Counted from the stretch's first letter, positions 40,807 to 51,900 are shown. The stretch: DNA of 64,000 nt from Yuukianura sp. NJ FZ-2021 (GCA_046563655.1 CM102285.1:3534001-3598000), one strand, 5' to 3'. Notes: generated from the letters alone by a model not told the origin. Program-made: numbers and translations.

Positions 40807-41887
40807 AATAAACCGGTTGTAAACCGCCCATACTGATAATAGCGAAGCAATAGGCCCCCCGAAGGGGGTTTGTTCCCCCCACTTTCCCGCCTCCCCCCCC
40901 CGGGGGGAGTGGGGGTGTGTTTTCTCCAGTTTCCCGCCCCCCCGGAGTAGTGGGGGTGTGTTCCCCCCACTTTCCCGCCCCCCCAGGGTGAGTGTGGGTG
41001 TGTCCAGGGTGAGTGTGGGTGTGTTCCCCCCACTTTCCCGCCCCCCCCCAGGGTGAGTGTGGGTGTGTTCCCCCCACCTTCCCCCCCCCAGGGGGTGTTG
41101 ACATGTGAGACGTGACAGCTGAGGCGTGACAGGTGACAGGTGAGACGTGACAGGTGACACCCGGCAAGTGACACGTGAGGGTGACAGGTGACACGCGGCA
41201 AGTGACACGTGAGTGTGACAGGTGACACGCGGCAAGTGACACGTGAGTGTGACAGGTGACACGCGGCACGTGACAGGTGACACCCGGGAAGTGACAGGTG
41301 ACACCCGGTATGTGACAGGTGACACCCGGCAATTAACAGGTGACACCCGGCAATTAACAGGTGACAGGTGACACCCGGCAAGTGACAGGTGACACCCGGT
41401 GCGGTGGACACAGTGCATGAGTGTGTAAAGTGTATATGTCAACTGCGTAATAGATTTTTTGCTAAGCAGAGAACCAAGTCCCATGCCAATTGCCTTTCCA
41501 GTCTCACAAGCAGAGTTTTTGTTACACACACTTGCATTACAAATGACCTTTGAAATCGATTTTGACCCGGAAGGAGGTGACCTAGGGTCACACATTACAC
41601 ACAAAAGTTGTTCCCCTCGATGAGATGAACAACTTTTGTAGAGGTCATTTTCCATGTTACCTGGGATGAAACCGGTTGACCTTGACCTTTGACCCGGAAG
41701 GAATTGACACCCGGGGGTCATATTCAATAGTGACCAAGCCCGGGTCATGACATGGTCACTGGTGAAAACCGGAATCAAATCGGACCAGTAGTTTCTGAGA
41801 TAATTAATCTGGACAGACAGACAGACAGACAGACGGACAGACAGACAGACAGACAAACCACTTTTATCATAATAGCTTCGCTATTAT
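40807..41887 (-). mobile_element. HINE/DINE-1-like element, copy A of a head-to-tail dimer
   Basis: Read on the minus strand: 5' hairpin ATAATAGC-GAA-GCTATTAT, (GTCT)n, conserved core, central GTGACA-based minisatellite, G-rich block, 3' sub-TIR GCTTCGCTATTAT and stem-loop CGGTTTACAACCG. Confidence 0.85.
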
Positions 41888-42973
41888 AATAAACCGGTTG
41901 TAAACCGCCCATACTGATAATAGCGAAGCAATAGGCCCCCCGAAGGGGGTTTGTTCCCCCCACTTTCCTGCCTCCCCCCCCGGGGGAAGTGGGGGGTGTG
42001 TTTTCCTCACTTTACCGCCCCCCCCAGGGGAGTAGGGGTGTGTTTTCCCGCTTTTTGCTCCGCACCCCAGGAAGCGTAGGGGTGTGTTCCCCACTTTCCA
42101 GCCCCCCAGGGGTAGTGGGGGTGTGTTCCCCCACTTTCCCGCCCCCCCAGGGGGTTTTGACAGGTGAGACGTGACAGCTGAGGCGTGACAGGTGACACCC
42201 GGCAAGTGACACTTGAGGGTGACAGGTGACACGCGGCACGTGGCAGGTGACACCCGGCAAGTGACAAGTGACAGGTGACACCCGGCACGTGACAGGTGAG
42301 AGGTGACACCCGGAAAGTGACAGGTGACAGCTGACACCCGGCAAGTGACAAGTGACACCCGGAAAGTGACAGGTGAGAGGTGACACCCGGCAAGTGACAG
42401 GTGACAGCTGACACCCGGCAAGTGACAGGTGACACCCGGAAAGTCACAGGTGAGAGGTGACACCCGGAAAGTGACAGGTGACAGCTGACACCCGGCAAGT
42501 GACAGCCGTGACAGCCGTGACAGGTGACACCCGGCGCGTGACAGGTGAAGTGACAGATGAAGTGTGACAGGTGACAGTTGAGTGTGTTAGTCAACTGCGT
42601 AATGGATTTTGCTAAGCAGAAAACCAACTACCATGCCAATTGCCTTTCCAGTCTCACAAGCAGAGTCTTTGTTACATACACTTGCATTACAAATGACCTT
42701 TAAAATCCATTTTGACCCGGAAACAGGTGACCTAGCGTCACACATTCCACACAAAAGTTGTTAGTCTCAATGAGATGAACAACTTTTGTAGAGGTCATTT
42801 TCCATGTTACCGGGGATGAAACCGGTTGACCTTGACCTTTGACCCGGAAGGAGTTGACACCCGGGGTCATATTCAATAGTGACCAAGCCCGGGTCATGAC
42901 ATGGTCACTGGTGAAAACCGGAATCAAATCGGGCCAGTAGTTTCTGAGATAATTAATCTGGACAGACAGACAG

Positions 42974-43004
<31 letters not shown>

Positions 43005-43039
43005 AACCACTTTTATCATAATAGCTTCGCTATTATAAT
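41888..43039 (-). mobile_element. HINE/DINE-1-like element, copy B of a head-to-tail dimer
   Basis: Same architecture as copy A. Its 3' hairpin end abuts the 5' end of copy A at ...GCTTCGCTATTATAATAAACCGGTTG... (41875-41900). The central minisatellite differs in length and order. Confidence 0.85.
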
Positions 43040-44765
43040 AATGGATCCAGAACACCCGGACGTAGGGGCATAAGGTTTGCATATTAAGTTAGGTTATACG
43101 TTAGGCTGTTAGGTTATGCAATATGTTATTCTGACTATACAAAGTATTAGGTTAGGTTATGCATACTAACGCAACCTAGTTTCGGAGATTGGGAGGATGA
43201 CTTCCCTGCATATAATTATAACGTGTAGGCTAAGCAGCCCTTGGCTACCATAACACTTTCGAGTTTCCTCATTATATTAACTGGCGCGAAGTTTTGAATC
43301 TCCCGCCATTTATCGTAGGTTTCCGCTTCAAACATTTGCATCAGAGGAAGTGACTACTTTTTTTTCGAATTTTTTTTAAAATTTCATATGCAAGAGACGA
43401 TCTCAGAAGGAAATAGATTCTAACAAAGGAATTTGAGAAGTAACTGGCATTTAGGCTTGGGTGAAGCTTACTTCACAACCAAAAGACGCTTGATAGATGA
43501 GTTACTACCGTTAAAGCCCATGGAAGCTAATTTATCACTTCTCTGAGCCCTTAAGGGCCTCGCCCAAAGGTTAGGCTAGACCAACCTAACATATTTTCTC
43601 TGCATAGTTAAATAAGCACATTCACCTCTCAGTTCCCACAGATTCCGAAGCGTCCCTTGAAGGGACAATTGAATATGCGTTTTTTATGCTCATTTACTGT
43701 TAGATATGTCCAAGGCCCTTGGACCCAACCCTTTCCTTGGAATTGCTTTTCTTGCATGATGAGCAACGGGATTTTGTCTATTCTCAGGTTCCGTTTGAAG
43801 GGTCATGGGTTAACATTAGGCTAGGTTCAGGCCAACGTAAAAAACGGAGGACAATTGTGTCTCGAAGGCTATTCAAATGAAGGGGCCCTTATTTGAATAT
43901 CCCTCGAAATTTCTTCATCTCAAATGAGGATCTCTCTCATCTTATTCCAACCTTCCAATTGAACAGAGAACAGTTTTTTATAAAGTTCCTTTTGAACAAA
44001 AAAAGCGAAGGGTTGAATTTGATCTGGCGGAATCTTCGGAGACTTCGTTTGTTGTCCAAGGGACGGGGGCCCTTGGGATTGTGGTGCCTCCAAGGGACAG
44101 GTTTTGGTGGTGGCGGATAAAAAGTATTACGGTATGATTCAAAACTCATAAGCAGCAACGCATAAAACTTCGCTATAAACCAGAAAAACTTCGTTTTGGA
44201 TTGTGAAAATCTTGAAACTTTTCTGAAATTTTGCTCTTTTTAAACGGTATATCTTTATGCTACAAATGTTCGAATTCAAAAAAAATCTACACAAAAAATA
44301 GTTTTTTCTCTGGAGCTGTACATAGGTAAAATTTTGAAATTTATATTTAACTTTGATTTCAACGTTTTTGTAAATTTAGTGCCAACTAATGGATTGAACG
44401 AGTGAAAGCGTGGAATGTTGAAATCGCATCTCTCGTTTTCATTACCAAGGTTAACTTGTTAACGTCGTCAGCAACGGTTTGGGTAGGTTAATAACTTGAC
44501 CAAAAGTTAGCATAATGTGCTCAAAATACAAAACTACTTTAGTCAAGGTCGTGTTAACTTTTTTTAAAAAGGCTTAACCACATAAGGTTTTTTTAAACTT
44601 GCGCGCCCTACTGTAGCGTCTCTAATGTTTGTAAAAGTGATGTTCAGTTATGCAAGTATCAAACTGATCTGACTGAAAATATCCCACGCTCTTGGTTTGC
44701 ATGATTTCGTATCTGGTTAAAGGAAAACAGATAGAGAGGACCCTGAATAAGGGCTACCTTGTCCC

Positions 44766-44928
44766 AGTAGGAGGGTAGAGGGGACTTTCACGCCAAATCA
44801 ACCTTTGGACCCATAAGGTTTTAAAGCAACTGGCGTGAGATCCCAAAAGTCGGATTAATTAAGACATTCTTCAAGACTAATTAACACTTCCGTTCAAGAC
44901 TAATTAAGACTAATTAAATACTTCCTGT
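44766..44928 (+). repeat. Left terminal inverted repeat (163 bp)
   Basis: The first 100 bp are identical to the reverse complement of the right end. The remainder is identical except for one extra TAATTAAGAC unit on the right. Confidence 0.95.
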
Positions 44929-45238
44929 TGACTTTAATTAACACTCCTGTTATTTAATTAGTACCTTTGTCCGCTGACCATGGAGGAGGAGGAGGAAGAA
45001 AAAATGTGGGATTCAACGCTAAACAAATTCTTTGGGGGTCGGCTTTTGCTTAGGGGGTCGGCTCTGGCAGAATCCTAACTTCCTGTAACAATTAACACTT
45101 CCTGTTATTTAATTAATACCTTTGTCCGTTAACAATATCTGGCGGGTGGGAGGAGGAGGAGGAACACGAAAAAAGGCTATACCCTGACCCACAAATTCTT
45201 TGGGGGTCGGCTTAGGGGGTCGGCAGGTGTCGAGAGGG

Positions 45239-45273
45239 TATATAATACCACACATTTACGGAGACTTTCAGTC
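45239..45273 (+). promoter_or_regulatory. Pol II core promoter of pPolB (TATA + initiator)
   Basis: TATATAA at 45239 and arthropod-type Inr TCAGTC with its A at 45270 (31 nt spacing), upstream of ATG 45389. Confidence 0.6.
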
Positions 45274-45388
45274 TCTGCGCAACTACTGTTCAGTTCTATT
45301 GTCCTAAGATTGTCGCTACCTTTTACGGAGACTTTCAGTCTTTACACAACTCAGTTCTATTGTCCTAAGAATCTTATTGTCCTAAACA

Positions 45389-48300
45389 ATGTCAAAGCGC
45401 CAAGGAACACCAATTGTTGGACCATCAAGTAAACAATTTAATTGCATACTGTGCGCTCAAGGGTTTGCTTCTCGAGCAATATTAAAACTACATTTCGACC
45501 ATGTCCATAAAAACTGTCTTGAACCAGCACCACCAGGTTACGATGTCACGAACGAGAGTATTCTACAGGAATTTCGCCATTTGTTTTGCTATACATGTGG
45601 TATACCATTTGATTGTCGGAATAAGCTTCAAGAGCATTTCTACACCACTCATCCAGACTTTAGCATTCAAGATGGCGGAGGAATATCAACCGATCCTATA
45701 TCCGTGACTTTAGTGCTGGAATCTCTAAAAATGAGTCGCAAGTACATGGCCGACTTTGATACATTTCCATGTGGTGAAGGTGTCGACGAGAGAGACTTTT
45801 TTACGAATGTTAAACTATCATCCTATGAAGTCATCCGAGAAGACATCTCCAGATGGAAGAACTTAAGGATATTTTTTACCTTGGGGTGTCACTTCACCAA
45901 AACGCACGGAGATGGAACGGTAGAATCAAAGGATGTTGGATTCACCTCATTTCGACACCTTGTCTTCAATGCAAACATGCTACCTAAAGTTTGGTCAGTC
46001 ATGTGCAGCCAAATGTCGGACCAGATTGAAGACTTTACCAATGAGGGCAGCGGCTGGACTCTGGATTCCATTCGGAAATTTGGATTTGTCACTTCAAAAT
46101 ATCAATTCACCAAGATTGGTACATACATGGACACCCCGTACCCACTATCAACTCAAAAAGTTCTGCTTAACATCAACAACAGCAAAGTCTCAATGGACAA
46201 TTCCCACAACAAATGCTTCCTCTGGTCAGTGCTCGCCCATGACAAAATCGGTGGCATACCAGTCGGGAAAAACAACCATAGGTGCCGCATTGACAAGCTT
46301 GTGAAAACATACCAGCCAAATGAATACAAGTTGAACACTAAAGGACTCCATTTTCCGATGACTTTGGATCAGATCCCTCACTTTGAAGAACTCAACCCAA
46401 ACATTTCTATAACCATTCTTGGTTATGACATGGATGGACCACAGCCACCGAAGTTGAGCAAAATTGAATCATTCAATTTTATACAAAGCAAGATCTCAAT
46501 ACTGTACAATTCCCAACATCCGAAGGAAATACACATCGACTTGATGTGTCTTATGCAAGAAAACAACGCACACTTCATTCTGATTCGAAATCTTGAAGCC
46601 TTAATGAGAGCGCCAAATGATCACAAAGTCAAGCATATTTGTCGCAACTGTCTCTCCAATTTTCAATCAGCTCACTCTCTACAACAGCACATCAAGTATT
46701 GCGCAGCGTTGGATCTTCAAAAAGTTGTATATCCTGCAGACAAAAAATTGACTTTCAACAAGTGGGCCAGAACTCAGCCTGTACCATTTCGATTCTATGC
46801 AGACTTTGAAGCTTTCCTCCCAAAGTTTAATCCCTCAACTATAGAAGAGGAGGAACGCCGACAATTCAAAGAAGAGATACGTGGAAGACCAGTTCAACCT
46901 GTGAATAAATGTTGCACTCACCTACACAAGCCATGTGGATATGCTTGGGTTTGTGTCGACTTCAACGGAAAGCGAAGACATGGCGAATATTATCATATCA
47001 CCAGCGATGACGAAGACGTTGCTGCCAAATTCATTCAGAGCATTACTGAGTACTCCAAAACACTGGAAGAGGAAGTTCGGTACTATGAAAAAATTGCGCC
47101 AGATATGCTTAATCTGACTCCAGCGCAAAGAAGTGCTGCTGCCCTTGAAAAAAATTGTTGTTTTTGCAAGACGCCATTGGACGGAACGAAAGTACGACAC
47201 CACTCACATCTTCCACCGTTCAACTATATCGGGATGGCTCACCAAGACTGTAACCTCCAAGCACAAATCAAAAAGGAGTTTCCCGTCTTCATGCACAACT
47301 TCTCATCATATGATGTTCACTTCATTGTACAATCCGCTGGAAAGCTAAAGCAGGACGGAATCATCAAGGACATCACTGTTATCCCTAAGAGCAGTGAAAA
47401 ATACATGTCGCTGAGCATCGTTCCTGCGTACCACGATGATTTCGATGAGGACGATGGACCTTGGAGAAAAAAGCCCTTCAAGCTGAGGTTTACAGACAGT
47501 CTTGGATTTACACTGAAATCTTTGGACAAACTTGTGAAAGTGATGCGAGCTGATCCCAATGCTAAATTTCCAATTACAAGACAAGAGTTTGCACAACACG
47601 ATGACATTGAACTTCTCTTCAACAAAGGAGCTTATCCTTATTCTCTCATGAAGTCTTGTAAGGATTTCAAAATCAAACAACTACCTGCCAAAGAAGATTT
47701 CTATAATGACTTGACGGAATCACACATTGATAATGCCACTTATCAACACGCTCAGCAAGTCTGGAAAAGCTTCAACATTCAAGACATGGGAGATTGGCAT
47801 GACTTGTACGTCAGGCTAGATGTATCGCTTCTGGCTGATGTGATGGAAGGAATCCGAAAAATAATGTTTGATGCTTACGAATTGGACCTGGCCCATTATT
47901 TCTCGTTACCTATGATGGCAATGGACTGCGTTCTCAAGAAATCAGGAGTGGAATTGGAGCTAATCACGGATCCAACCATGCATTGCTGGCTGGAGCATGC
48001 TATTAGAGGTAAAACCTAGAAGACAAATGTTAGACATTTTCTAATTCATTTTATTTATAGGTGGATATGTTAGCGTTGGATCAATGCGAGAGGCTAGAGC
48101 GAACAATAAGTACATGGGAGATGAATACGATCCAGAAAAGGAGTCCAGTTACCTCATCTACATCGATGCCAACAACTTATATGTAAGTGTTCAACAACGT
48201 CTTTGAAAAATTATTATCTAAAGTTTAATGATTCACTAGGGCAAAAGCATGAGTCTTCCGCTTCCAACTGGTCAATTCCGCTGGCTAACAGAAGAAGAAC

Positions 48301-49632
48301 TGAAGAACATTCAAGAAAATAATTTTATCGTGAACAACGAAAAGGGGTACATGTTTGAAGTGGATTTGGAAATTGATCCTTCATTGCATGACAAGCTGAA
48401 CGATTTTCCTCCGGCTCCAGTTAGCCGTACAGTTGAACAAAAGGAGTTATCCACCCACCAGTTACAATTGACGGAGAAACTCAACACTTGTCCTGGAATT
48501 TTCAAGGTTAAGAAACTTGTGGCTGATCTGAATAATAAGAAGAACTACATTCTACATCACGCCATTTTGATGGAGTACCTGAAACTTGGAGTTAAAGTTA
48601 CAAAACTTCACTGCGGAATTTCCTTCACTCAGAGGCCATGGATGAAGGACTTTATCGACTTTAACACTGAAATGAGAAAAAGGGCTACATCAGACTTTGA
48701 AAAGGATTATTGGAAACTTCTCAACAATTCTGCATTTGGTAAAACAATCGAACAAGTTCGTAAACGTCAAAACGTTCGTATCGTTACATCCATGGAAGAA
48801 GCTCTACGTTACAACAAGAAACCCACCGTCCAGAATGTCATCCCAATTAACGAGTCAACATGCATCTTTATGATGAAGAGACTTCAAGTCACTTTAAACA
48901 AGCCAATATATACGGGCGTCACAGTGCTTGAGCTAGCAAAGAGCATCATGTACCGACATCACTACACGATACAAGCGAAATACGGCGTCGACAAGTGTCG
49001 CCTTATTTATACTGACACAGGTAAATGTTGAATTATCCAACAATTTAACTATAAACTAAAGCTAACTTTTTATTTCAGATTCCTTCATCTATCACATCCA
49101 AACCGATGACGTTTATCAAGACATGCTCCATGACAAGGACTTGTATGACATGAGTGAATATGAATCCGATCACCCCATTTTTGGAGAGTTTCACGATCCC
49201 ACAAACAAGAAAGTTTTGGGAAAATTCAAAGATGAAGCTGCCGGTTCTGTAGTCACTCACGTCGTTTGCCCTCGTCCAAAAATGTACACCATTAGATCCT
49301 TGAAACTTCAAGTCTACCGAGGCTTTGATGGGAAAAATATTTACCAAAAGAAGACTGACGGCAGCTGGTTCATCAAAGACGAATACACGAAGAAAGTCAA
49401 AGGAATAACTAAAACTGCTGTCAACAACCAAATAGCGTATGAAGATTTCGAGAAAGTCCTTAAAGAAGATGTTCAAACTCGTGTATGGATGAGAGGATTT
49501 AGAAGTGTAGAGCATAGAATTTTCACAGAAGTAACGTTAAAAAGGGCTCTTAACGGTTTAGATACGAAACGATATGGTGTTGATAGAATTAACACATTAG
49601 CATTTGGACATAAGGATGTGATTAAACAATAG
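45389..49632 (+). CDS. Protein-primed family B DNA polymerase, Polinton type (4 exons: 45389-48008, 48061-48182, 48240-49020, 49079-49632; ~1358 aa)
   Basis: ExoI YADFE, ExoII HNFSSYD, ExoIII YVRLD and motif B KLLNNSAFGK. Splicing restores IRG|G, DANNLY|GKSM (motif A) and YTDT|DS (motif C). Also two N-terminal C2H2 fingers and an EndoVII/HNH-like insert CCFC...VRHHSH...AHQDCN. AATAAA at 49681. Confidence 0.93.
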
Positions 49633-49689
49633 TTTATTATAAGTCGTGTCTATTGAATTAGTAATCGTAAAACTGAAAACAATAAATGT

Positions 49690-50115
49690 TTATAAAATCA
49701 TTTTGTCAAGCATTTTCAACAATCCTGCTTTGGTTATATTGATTACATTTCTTTTTCCGGCTTTTACAACAGCTATTAAAAAATCTAATTGACTTGAATC
49801 CAACTGGTCGGATGATTCCTCTTCATCGTCATCTGAATCAGAATCAGAATCGTCTGCTCCTTCCACAAGCTTCCGTAAACTGTCCAAAGTTAGCCGTTGA
49901 ACTCCAATATCCGCATTGTGTAGCGCATGAAGAATTAGCGATAAGCTGGATTTGCTCATGCCAGAATGTGCCTTAGAGTCATCTTCTTCTTCAGTTTCCG
50001 TTTCAGAGTATGCCTCAGAATCCATAGCTTCGTCTGAATGCGCAGTGCGAATATGTCGATGTAATGCGTCAGCGCGGGAAAATGACTTGGAACAAATGTC
50101 ACAGTAAACAGGCAT
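49690..50115 (-). CDS. Small single-C2H2 zinc-finger protein with acidic tracts and two helical repeats (~141 aa)
   Basis: MPVYCDICSKSFSRADALHRHIRTAH. TATAAAA (50164) and Inr TCAGTT (A at 50132) lie just upstream on the minus strand, and minus-strand AATAAA is at 49638-49633. The longer called ORF runs through the microsatellite and is not credible. Confidence 0.8.
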   Translation of the reverse strand: MPVYCDICSKSFSRADALHRHIRTAHSDEAMDSEAYSETETEEEDDSKAHSGMSKSSLSLILHALHNADIGVQRLTLDSLRKLVEGADDSDSDSDDDEEESSDQLDSSQLDFLIAVVKAGKRNVINITKAGLLKMLDKMIL

Positions 50116-50128
50116 GATGTACAAATGC

Positions 50129-50380
50129 AACTGAACAAATTTTTTCGGTTGCAACAGTTTTATAGTGGTGGTGGTGGTGGTGCCTCCTCCTCCTCCACCT
50201 CCTCCACCACCTCCTCCTCCTCCTCCTCCTCCTCCTCCTCCTCCTCCTCTCCTCCTCCTCCTCCTCCTCCTCCTCCTCCTCCTCCTCTCCTCCTCCTCCT
50301 CCTCCTCCTCCTCCTCCACGCAGGCTTATCAGGTGGTCGTGGTGTATATAAAGCGTTGGTGTGATGATGGAGGCACTTCT
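50129..50380. promoter_or_regulatory. Bidirectional promoter with back-to-back TATA boxes enclosing a (GTG)6 + ~(CCT)45 microsatellite
   Basis: Minus-strand TATAAAA 50164-50158 with Inr at 50132. Plus-strand TATATAAAG at 50345 with Inr-like GCACTT at ~50375. (GTG)6 at 50165-50182 and an interrupted CCT tract at 50183-50317. Confidence 0.7.
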
Positions 50381-50416
50381 GTCCCTCATCATTTGTGTTT
50401 CAGCATTCACAACAGC

Positions 50417-51151
50417 ATGGATTGTAGTGTTTGCAACAGTACGTTCACACGTTCGGATAACCTTAAACGCCATGTATATACTGCACATGGACATCAAACC
50501 GATGATACTACAGCGGATCGTGATACCACAGCGGATGAGTGTTTTGATTATAGGTTAAAGGCACCATTCTGCATGACAATTAGCGGAGCAAGCCAAAGTG
50601 GGAAGTCGTCGCTTCTTAAGCAATTACTCCTTCAACGTTTTGAAATGATTGATATTCCGATTAATGATATCCTTTATTGTTATGGAGAGCCAGAGAATGA
50701 ATTTTTTAAGGATCTGAAAAGTCACATCCCAACAATTGAATTTCACTATGGATTACCTGACGATTTTGCGAGTCCCTGCAACACTCATCGAATAGTCGTA
50801 CTTGACGATCTAATGCATGAAGTTTGTGCTAATAAGGATATCGCCTCAGCATTTACTCGAACGAGCCACCACAGAAATGTGAGCATAATTTTCGTCACTC
50901 AAAACTTCTTCGAGAAAGGACAACGTACGATAACAACAAATTGCCAGTATATTTGTTTCACGAAAAATCCTCGAGAAGTCTCTCAAGTTCTCTGCTTCGG
51001 ACGTCAGCTAACAAAAAACGGAAAACGTAACGAAGCTCTGGAAACGTGCTATGAAGACGTTATGAAAAAACCGTATGGTCATGTATTTATAGACCTGCAC
51101 CAATCCCAGGATGATAGGTTTAGAATCACAGAATCCTACAGAAATAATTGA
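50417..51151 (+). CDS. FtsK/HerA-superfamily (A32-like) packaging-type ATPase with N-terminal C2H2 finger (~244 aa)
   Basis: Finger CSVCNSTFTRSDNLKRHVYTAH, Walker A GASQSGKS, Walker B IVVLDDLM, motif TRTSHHRNVSIIFVTQN and C-terminal KPYGHVFIDL, as in Polinton ATPases. AATAAA at 51172. Confidence 0.88.
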   Translation: MDCSVCNSTFTRSDNLKRHVYTAHGHQTDDTTADRDTTADECFDYRLKAPFCMTISGASQSGKSSLLKQLLLQRFEMIDIPINDILYCYGEPENEFFKDLKSHIPTIEFHYGLPDDFASPCNTHRIVVLDDLMHEVCANKDIASAFTRTSHHRNVSIIFVTQNFFEKGQRTITTNCQYICFTKNPREVSQVLCFGRQLTKNGKRNEALETCYEDVMKKPYGHVFIDLHQSQDDRFRITESYRNN

Positions 51152-51183
51152 TAATTTTATTTGACTTTGTGAATAAAGACCGT

Positions 51184-51900
51184 TTAGCAATCTCTTTTAC
51201 CATGAAAAGTAATTTTCCAAATTATGTCACTGGAATAATGCTCTAGTCGAATACTCTCAAGTACAGCAAGTTCTCTCTTACCATAGAAACTATCTATTCC
51301 CCATTTCCATCTGTTAATTTCCATTTGCTGGTGCTTAGTAACGTCCAGTACATGTTGACTGTAGTTTGATGTATTAGTTGTTGTGCAGCAACAGTTGAAC
51401 TCGCCAAAAATACTCCTACAAGGATCGATTTCCAATTTGTTGTGACAGGATCGGAACGCCTCATTGCGAAGTTTCTCGATGTAGCCGCGTTTAGTTTCAT
51501 GAATCAGCATATCCAAAGATTCCTCCAAGTATGTGATAGGAAAACATCCACATTTTAGAAGTGACTCAACCAGCAGAGGAATATGGTCCAAATCGATCAT
51601 AACAGGCGCGCCGCTTCGGATAAGGATGACACGAGATGATGCGTCCTTGATAAAATGAATCGGCAGTAGTGGTTCATCCGGCGAGTACTCATTTTGCTTT
51701 GCTGCATTGTTACGGTTCTGTAGTAACAGCTTCTCAAAATGTGGAAGATGCTTAATCATTCTTCCTTCTTCAATATATGCTTTGACTAGCTCCTCTACAA
51801 CCGTTGGTAGTTCTTCGGATGAGAACATAATTGAACTTCCAGAAATCCCGACGCCAATGAGTCCCATGCTTAGAAACACTTCCGGTAGGGTAGATTCCAT
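51184..51900 (-). CDS. Hypothetical protein, paralog A (~238 aa)
   Basis: Intact ORF inside the element, colinear with 52186..52881 (LPHFEK, YLxESLDxxIHExKR, NCCC, HxLDxTKHQQ, IxFHG). Minus-strand AATAAA at 51161-51156. Confidence 0.8.
   Translation of the reverse strand: MESTLPEVFLSMGLIGVGISGSSIMFSSEELPTVVEELVKAYIEEGRMIKHLPHFEKLLLQNRNNAAKQNEYSPDEPLLPIHFIKDASSRVILIRSGAPVMIDLDHIPLLVESLLKCGCFPITYLEESLDMLIHETKRGYIEKLRNEAFRSCHNKLEIDPCRSIFGEFNCCCTTTNTSNYSQHVLDVTKHQQMEINRWKWGIDSFYGKRELAVLESIRLEHYSSDIIWKITFHGKRDC

Noticed and set aside
41098-42580. CRISPR-like array
   Set aside because: No constant repeat with unique spacers, no cas genes, and a eukaryotic context.
40768-43005. Many overlapping long ORFs (up to 362 aa) rich in VTCHL/SPVT repeats
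   Set aside because: They are open in several frames because the GTGACA minisatellite and G/C tracts lack stops; they are by-products of the HINE repeats.
45389-49632. pPolB as a frameshifted pseudogene in three or four pieces
   Set aside because: All breaks are bounded by GT..AG with matching phases, and their removal restores the catalytic motifs exactly.
50099-50497. Poly-Pro/Leu/Ser and poly-Glu/Arg/Gly ORF extensions
   Set aside because: They are readings of the CCT/GTG microsatellite. TATA/Inr positions place the real starts at 50115 (minus) and 50417 (plus).
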